From the NCBI GenBank assembly GCA_039794085.1, contig JBDIWC010000001.1, positions 32,001 to 96,000 of the forward strand: a stretch of 64,000 bases of DNA. The letters are read 5' to 3'. The stretch comes from Gemmatimonadales bacterium (lineage in GTDB: Bacteria; Gemmatimonadota; Gemmatimonadetes; Gemmatimonadales; GWC2-71-9). Of the stretch, positions 59,095 to 64,000 are shown piece by piece; the stretch's first letter is position 1, and the number at the start of each line of letters is the position of its first letter. The translations under genes were made by a program, and so were the position numbers. The notes below the pieces were generated by a model. That model was not told where the DNA came from, searched no databases, and saw only the letters and a program-made list of their open reading frames with translations.

Positions 59095-62000
59095 ATGAAG
59101 CTGACCAAGCTGGAACTTTCCGGCTTCAAATCGTTTGCCGATACCGTCACCCTCACCTTCGAGGGGGGAGTGACGGCGATCGTCGGCCCCAACGGGTGTG
59201 GCAAATCGAATGTCTCCGACGCGGTGCGTTGGGTCCTCGGGGAGCAATCGGCCCGACTCCTCCGGGGCGGGAAGATGGAGGACGTGATCTTTCAGGGCGC
59301 GGCCAACCGGCGCCCCGTCAACGTGACCCAGGTTTCTCTGTATCTCGACAACAGCGAGGGGGAACTTCCGGTCGCGTGGCAGGAGGTCGTCATCACGCGC
59401 CGCTTGAGCCGGTCCGGCCAGAGCGACTACCTGATCAACAACACTCCCGTCCGCCTCCGGGATGTGCAGGACCTCCTCCGCGGCACCGGGCTCGGCAGTG
59501 ACGCCGGGGTTGTCATCGAAGCCAAGATGATCGACCTGCTCCTGTCGGACCGTGCGGAGGAGAGGCGCTCCCTCTTCGAGGAAGCGGCCGGCATCGGGCT
59601 CTACCGCAATCGGAAGCAGGCCACCGAACGCCGGCTGGAGGAAACCTCGGTCGATCTGCAGCGCCTGGAGGACCTCATCGCCGAGGTGCAATCGCAGATC
59701 CGCAGCCTGGCCCGCCAGAAGGGCAAGACCGAGCGCCACGCCGCCCTGATGCAGGAGAAGTTCACGGTTCATGTGACCCTGGCGCGCCGACTGCTCGACG
59801 AGCTCACGGAACAGGCCGCCCATCTGGAACAGCGCCACGAGGAACTGCGGGTGGAACTGCCCTCCGTGCGAACGCGACTCGCCGAACGGCAGCAGGAACA
59901 CGAGAGGCTCGCCGCGGAACGGACCCGGGCCGAGGAACACCGCGCCGCCCTGGCCGACGAGGTGGCCCGCACGCGGCTCTTTTTGGAAAAACTGGAGGGC
60001 GACCTCGCCGTGGCCGCCGAACGCCTTGCCAACGCCACCACCCGGAGACTCCGGGCGGAGGAGGAACGACAGCAGGGTGAGGAGCGTCTGCAGGAAGCCC
60101 TGCGGGAAAAGGAGGTCACCGCCGCGGAGCTCACCGAGGCCGGCGCCGAGCACGCCCGGATCGCGGAGGAACTCACCATACGCGCCAGCGCCGAGGAGGC
60201 CGTGCGCTCCCGGCTTGCCGAGCAGCGCAGCACGGTTCGTGCGCTCGAGCAGGAGTTGCACGCCCTGGTGCAGCTCGTCCGGAGTCTGGAAGGTGAGCGC
60301 ACCGCGCTGGAAGGCGAGCTGGGGGCCTTGCGGGACCGGTTGGCCCAGGTGGAATCCCATCGCGCGGCGCTTCTCACCGAACACGAGCGCACCACCGTCC
60401 GGGCGGAGGACGCCATCGCAGAGGCGTCCCGGCTGGCGGCCGTGACGCACGCCGCGCTGGAGGACGCCGAACGGTGCCGGCATCAGTTGGCGGAGATCCG
60501 GGAGCGGGAGGTTCACGAGCGATCGGCCCGGCGCCGGTCCGAGGAGAGCGTGGCCCAGTTGTCGGCCCGGCGACAGGCACTGGAGGAACTGGAGCGGGAT
60601 CGCGTGGGGATTGCCCCCGCTACCGCGGCATTGCTGGCGGACCGGAACCGCTTTGGCGATGCCGTCCTCGGTCCCCTCAGTGACTATGTCTCCGCCGACC
60701 GACGCCATGCGGAACTCGCCGAACGCCTCCTCGGCGAATCGATGCACGCCGTTCTGGTCCGGGATCTGGACGCCATCGAGTCCATCCGGTCCTGGCACGA
60801 ATCGGCGCAGCCCGGCCCGCTCGTCCTGCTCCCCCTGACTCCGGGTCCCCGGTCCGAGGGCACGCTTCCTGCGATCGACTCGCGCCTCCAGGTTCAGGAT
60901 CCGGCTCGGCCGTGGGTTGCGGCTCTCCTGGACGGTGCCGAGGTCCTGGACGATCGGGGGCGTGTCCTGCGTCGTGGCATCGGCGCCGTCCACCTTCTGG
61001 GTTCCGGCAGTCCGACCGGTCCCTTGCAGCGCCGCGCCGAACTCCAGACCCTCGGCGAGGAGCTCCGTCGCGCCGAGGAAGCGCTCCAGACGGCAGTGAG
61101 CCAGCTCACCGGGACCACGGAGGCCCTGACCCGCGCCGAGGAGGACGTGGCGTCCTCGACCCAGCAAGTGGAGCAGGCCCGGGAGGTCGAGAGGCGCGGC
61201 ACGGCCAGTCGCGACGACCTTCACCGGGTTCTCGGGCATCTCACGCGGGAACTCGCGGACGCCGAGACGCAACGGGAGCGCCTGATCGAGCGAATCGCCC
61301 ACGCGGAAGCTCGTCTCGCCGTCGTGGACCAGGAACTCGGCGAACGCGAGCTGGCCGACGTGAACCTGCGCGAGGCTCTGTCCGGGGCCCAGGCAATCCT
61401 CGCCACCTGCGAGGCCGATCAGGAAACGGCCCGGGAGCATCGGGCCCAGTGGCAGGTGCAGGAGGCACACGTGGGCGCCCGCCTCCGGACCAACCAGGAG
61501 CGACTGGCCCGAGTGGAGGGTGCGATCAGTGCGTCTCGCGCCAGCATCGAGAGCCTGGACCGGGAAACCACCGAGCTGGAGGCGATCAGCGCCGAGATCG
61601 AGGTGCAGCAGGCCCGCAACCAGGAGAGCCGGGTGGAGCAGCGCACCATCCTCGTCACCCGGGAAACCGCCCTGGCACAGGCCGAATCCGATCTCACCCG
61701 GGTCAGTGATGCGCTCACCGACGCCGAGCGCCAGGTGGGCGACCTGCGGGCCACCGCCGATCTCCTGAGTGAAGAACATCACCGCCTCGAGATCGAGTTG
61801 ACCGAAGTGGCGGGAACCCGGCGCCGCATTCTGGAGCGCGTGGAAACCGAGTGGAAGTCCCCCCTGGCCGCCTTGGAATCCGGCATGGTCCTGCTCGACC
61901 TGGACCGGGAAACTCTGGAGACGGAAGCCGAGCGTATCGCAACGTCTCTGGAGAGCATCGGTCCCGTCAACCCGCTGGCTCTGGAGGAACACGCGGAGGA

Positions 62001-62577
62001 AGTGAACCGTCTCACCTTTCTCACGACGCAGCGGGACGATCTGGTGGCGGCACGACAGTCGTTGTTGCAGGCCATCCGCGAGATCGACGGCACCGCTCGT
62101 ACCATGTTCCTCGACACCTTCACGGCCATCCAGGCCAACTTTCGCCACGTGTTTCAGACGCTGTTCGGCGGCGGGGAGTGTGACCTGCGACTGGCCGACG
62201 AAGGGGATCCCCTGGACAGCGAGATCGAGATCCACGCCGCCCCCCGGGGGAAGCGCACCCAGCGCATCCACCTGCTCTCCTCGGGGGAGCGCACCCTCGT
62301 GGCGGTCTCGTTGCTGTTCAGCATCTACCTGACCAAACCGAGTCCCTTTTGCCTCATGGACGAAGTGGACGCCCCCCTCGACGATGCCAACGTGGGTCGG
62401 TTCACCACGCTGCTCGACGAGTTCAAGCACAGCACCCAGTTCCTGGTCATCACCCACAACCCGCGCACCATGCAGTCGGCGGATGCGGTGTATGGTGTGA
62501 CGATGCAGGAACCGGGGGTGTCGACCATCGTCGGCGTCCGGCTGGGGGAACATGTCACTCCCGCGGGGGCGGCGTGA
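59095..62577 (+). CDS. smc: Chromosome segregation protein SMC
   Basis: GFKSFAD, GPNGCGKSN, coiled coils with hinge, GPVN..A.EE, LSSGE, DEVDAPLD and ITHN. Confidence 0.97.
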   Translation: MKLTKLELSGFKSFADTVTLTFEGGVTAIVGPNGCGKSNVSDAVRWVLGEQSARLLRGGKMEDVIFQGAANRRPVNVTQVSLYLDNSEGELPVAWQEVVITRRLSRSGQSDYLINNTPVRLRDVQDLLRGTGLGSDAGVVIEAKMIDLLLSDRAEERRSLFEEAAGIGLYRNRKQATERRLEETSVDLQRLEDLIAEVQSQIRSLARQKGKTERHAALMQEKFTVHVTLARRLLDELTEQAAHLEQRHEELRVELPSVRTRLAERQQEHERLAAERTRAEEHRAALADEVARTRLFLEKLEGDLAVAAERLANATTRRLRAEEERQQGEERLQEALREKEVTAAELTEAGAEHARIAEELTIRASAEEAVRSRLAEQRSTVRALEQELHALVQLVRSLEGERTALEGELGALRDRLAQVESHRAALLTEHERTTVRAEDAIAEASRLAAVTHAALEDAERCRHQLAEIREREVHERSARRRSEESVAQLSARRQALEELERDRVGIAPATAALLADRNRFGDAVLGPLSDYVSADRRHAELAERLLGESMHAVLVRDLDAIESIRSWHESAQPGPLVLLPLTPGPRSEGTLPAIDSRLQVQDPARPWVAALLDGAEVLDDRGRVLRRGIGAVHLLGSGSPTGPLQRRAELQTLGEELRRAEEALQTAVSQLTGTTEALTRAEEDVASSTQQVEQAREVERRGTASRDDLHRVLGHLTRELADAETQRERLIERIAHAEARLAVVDQELGERELADVNLREALSGAQAILATCEADQETAREHRAQWQVQEAHVGARLRTNQERLARVEGAISASRASIESLDRETTELEAISAEIEVQQARNQESRVEQRTILVTRETALAQAESDLTRVSDALTDAERQVGDLRATADLLSEEHHRLEIELTEVAGTRRRILERVETEWKSPLAALESGMVLLDLDRETLETEAERIATSLESIGPVNPLALEEHAEEVNRLTFLTTQRDDLVAARQSLLQAIREIDGTARTMFLDTFTAIQANFRHVFQTLFGGGECDLRLADEGDPLDSEIEIHAAPRGKRTQRIHLLSSGERTLVAVSLLFSIYLTKPSPFCLMDEVDAPLDDANVGRFTTLLDEFKHSTQFLVITHNPRTMQSADAVYGVTMQEPGVSTIVGVRLGEHVTPAGAA

Positions 62578-62590
62578 CACGGCGGCCCCC

Positions 62591-63628
62591 ATGGTGATCA
62601 TCATGCGCCCCGATGCGAACCTCCCCGAGGTGGAGGCGGTGGTCGCATCGGTCAATGCGCTCGGATTCCGGGCCCATGTCGTTCCCGGTCTGGCCCGCAC
62701 GGCGGTGGCGGTGATCGGGAATCCCGGCCCGCTCGCCCCGGGGCGGTTCAGCCGGATTCCCGGAGTGGCCCGGACCATCCCCATCACCACCCCCTACCGT
62801 CTCGTGGCCCGCGAGACCCGGGAGGCGCCGACCCGGGTCACCCTCGGAGCCGGTCCGGTGTTCGGCCCCGGGAACCTCGTGGTCCTGGCCGGTCCGTGCG
62901 CCGTGGAGGAGGCCGAGCAGTTTCTGGCCACCGCCGCCGCCGTGGCCCAGGCGGGAGCCACCGTCCTGCGAGGCGGGATCTTCAAGCCCCGGACCTCACC
63001 CTATTCCTTTCAGGGACTGGGCCTCGCCGCTCTTCCGATTCTGGCCCGGGCTCGCGAGGCCACCGGACTCGCCGTCGTGACGGAGGTTGTGGAGCCGGCG
63101 TCGGTCGAGCCGGTCGCCGAGGTGGTGGACATGCTGCAGATCGGCGCCCGGAACATGCAGAACGCCCCCCTCCTCCGCGCCGTGGCCCGCACGGGCAAGC
63201 CGATCCTGCTGAAGCGCGGCCCCGCGGCGACGATCGAGGAGTTTCTCCTGGCGGCGGAATATCTGGTGGTGGAAGGAAACCCCAACGTGGTTCTGTGCGA
63301 GCGCGGCGTACGCGGATTCGATCCGGCGACGCGGTACCTCTTCGATGTCGCGGCGATCCCCCTCCTCCACCGCCTCACGCACCTGCCCGTGATCGCCGAT
63401 CCCAGTCACGCCACGGGCCACCATGCTCTCGTCCCCTCGGTGACCCGCGCGGCGGTCGCCGCCGGTGCGGACGGCGTGCTCGTGGAGGTTCACTCCGATC
63501 CCGGCGCCGCCCGCTCCGATGGTCAACAGAGCCTCAGCCACCCGGAGTTTGACGCGCTGATGCGCTCCCTCCCCCCGATCTGCGCGGCCGTCGGGACATC
63601 CCTGACCGCCCCCATGGCCCACGCGTGA
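62591..63628 (+). CDS. aroF: 3-deoxy-7-phosphoheptulonate synthase (type Ibeta)
   Basis: AGPCAVE, KPRTSPYSFQG, IGARNMQN, LCERG and DPSH. Confidence 0.94.
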   Translation: MVIIMRPDANLPEVEAVVASVNALGFRAHVVPGLARTAVAVIGNPGPLAPGRFSRIPGVARTIPITTPYRLVARETREAPTRVTLGAGPVFGPGNLVVLAGPCAVEEAEQFLATAAAVAQAGATVLRGGIFKPRTSPYSFQGLGLAALPILARAREATGLAVVTEVVEPASVEPVAEVVDMLQIGARNMQNAPLLRAVARTGKPILLKRGPAATIEEFLLAAEYLVVEGNPNVVLCERGVRGFDPATRYLFDVAAIPLLHRLTHLPVIADPSHATGHHALVPSVTRAAVAAGADGVLVEVHSDPGAARSDGQQSLSHPEFDALMRSLPPICAAVGTSLTAPMAHA

Positions 63629-64000
63629 TTGCCCGGTCCGTCCGGGCGATAACCGTCGCCACCGCCCTGCTTCTGCCCGGCCCCCTGGACGCCCAGGAGA
63701 GCGCCGCGGGCGTGCTCCGGGAGGCCAGCCGGGTCTACCGGAACCTGTCATCCCTTTCCGCGGATTTTGAACAGGTCATCGAGGACAGGATGATCGACAC
63801 GCTCCACAGCCGGGGGCAGCTCCTGCAGGCGGGCAACGCGAACCTGCGGATGCGCTTCAGCGACCCCGCAGGGGACCTGATCGTGAGTGACGGCACTCAT
63901 GTCTGGTTCTATCTGCCGAGCACAACCCCGGGGCAGGTCATTCGGACTGAGGTGCCCTCCGACCCCGTCTACGGTCCCAACCTCCTCGCCCGGATCCTCG
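63625..64000 (+). CDS. lolA: Outer membrane lipoprotein carrier LolA (runs off the window end)
   Basis: Manual translation from GTG 63625: signal peptide, SLSADFEQ, RMRFSDPAGDLIVSDGTHVWFYLP..QV. Confidence 0.85.
   Translation, partial: MIARSVRAITVATALLLPGPLDAQESAAGVLREASRVYRNLSSLSADFEQVIEDRMIDTLHSRGQLLQAGNANLRMRFSDPAGDLIVSDGTHVWFYLPSTTPGQVIRTEVPSDPVYGPNLLARIL

Noticed and set aside
57895..62790. 1631-aa minus-strand ORF, and similar long ORFs at 322-1974, 2443-4884, 11435-13990, 29580-32711 and 34702-36906
   Set aside because: They are antisense shadows of well-supported genes (smc, thrS, valS, DUF2723, dinG, DUF4175-like). Such ORFs are expected in GC-rich DNA and these have no recognisable motifs.

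Overview
GC-rich bacterial chromosomal window. Gene content and order suggest Gemmatimonadota (inference, not verified). Most of it is housekeeping: thrS, valS, selA, gmhB, purNH, panG-like/panC/panB, gltX, a dapL-like aminotransferase, dinG, rsmI, trxA, mce, pdxJ, ispE-tRNA-Gln-prs-rplY-pth-hppA-ychF, rpsF-rpsR-rplI, rsfS, an Omp85 protein, smc, aroF and lolA, plus two tRNA-Ser genes. Accessory DNA is limited to 8420-9020 and 19621-23592. The second stretch holds an intact RelE/ParE-type toxin-antitoxin pair, a frameshifted beta-propeller lipoprotein and a decayed higBA pair. The most unusual structure is a 320-380 bp non-coding element present twice in inverted orientation (8428-8745 and 22142-22521). 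It is built from nested inverted repeats whose arms have 9-nt periodicity, and one copy abuts the truncation point of higB. Other oddities: pth appears to start at CTG, in frame with the rplY stop; an uncalled small membrane ORF is coupled to thrS; several genes look leaderless; S18 has no Cys; DinG carries a JAB domain. I saw no CRISPR array, rRNA, integrase or transposase. All calls come from reading motifs by eye, with no database search.
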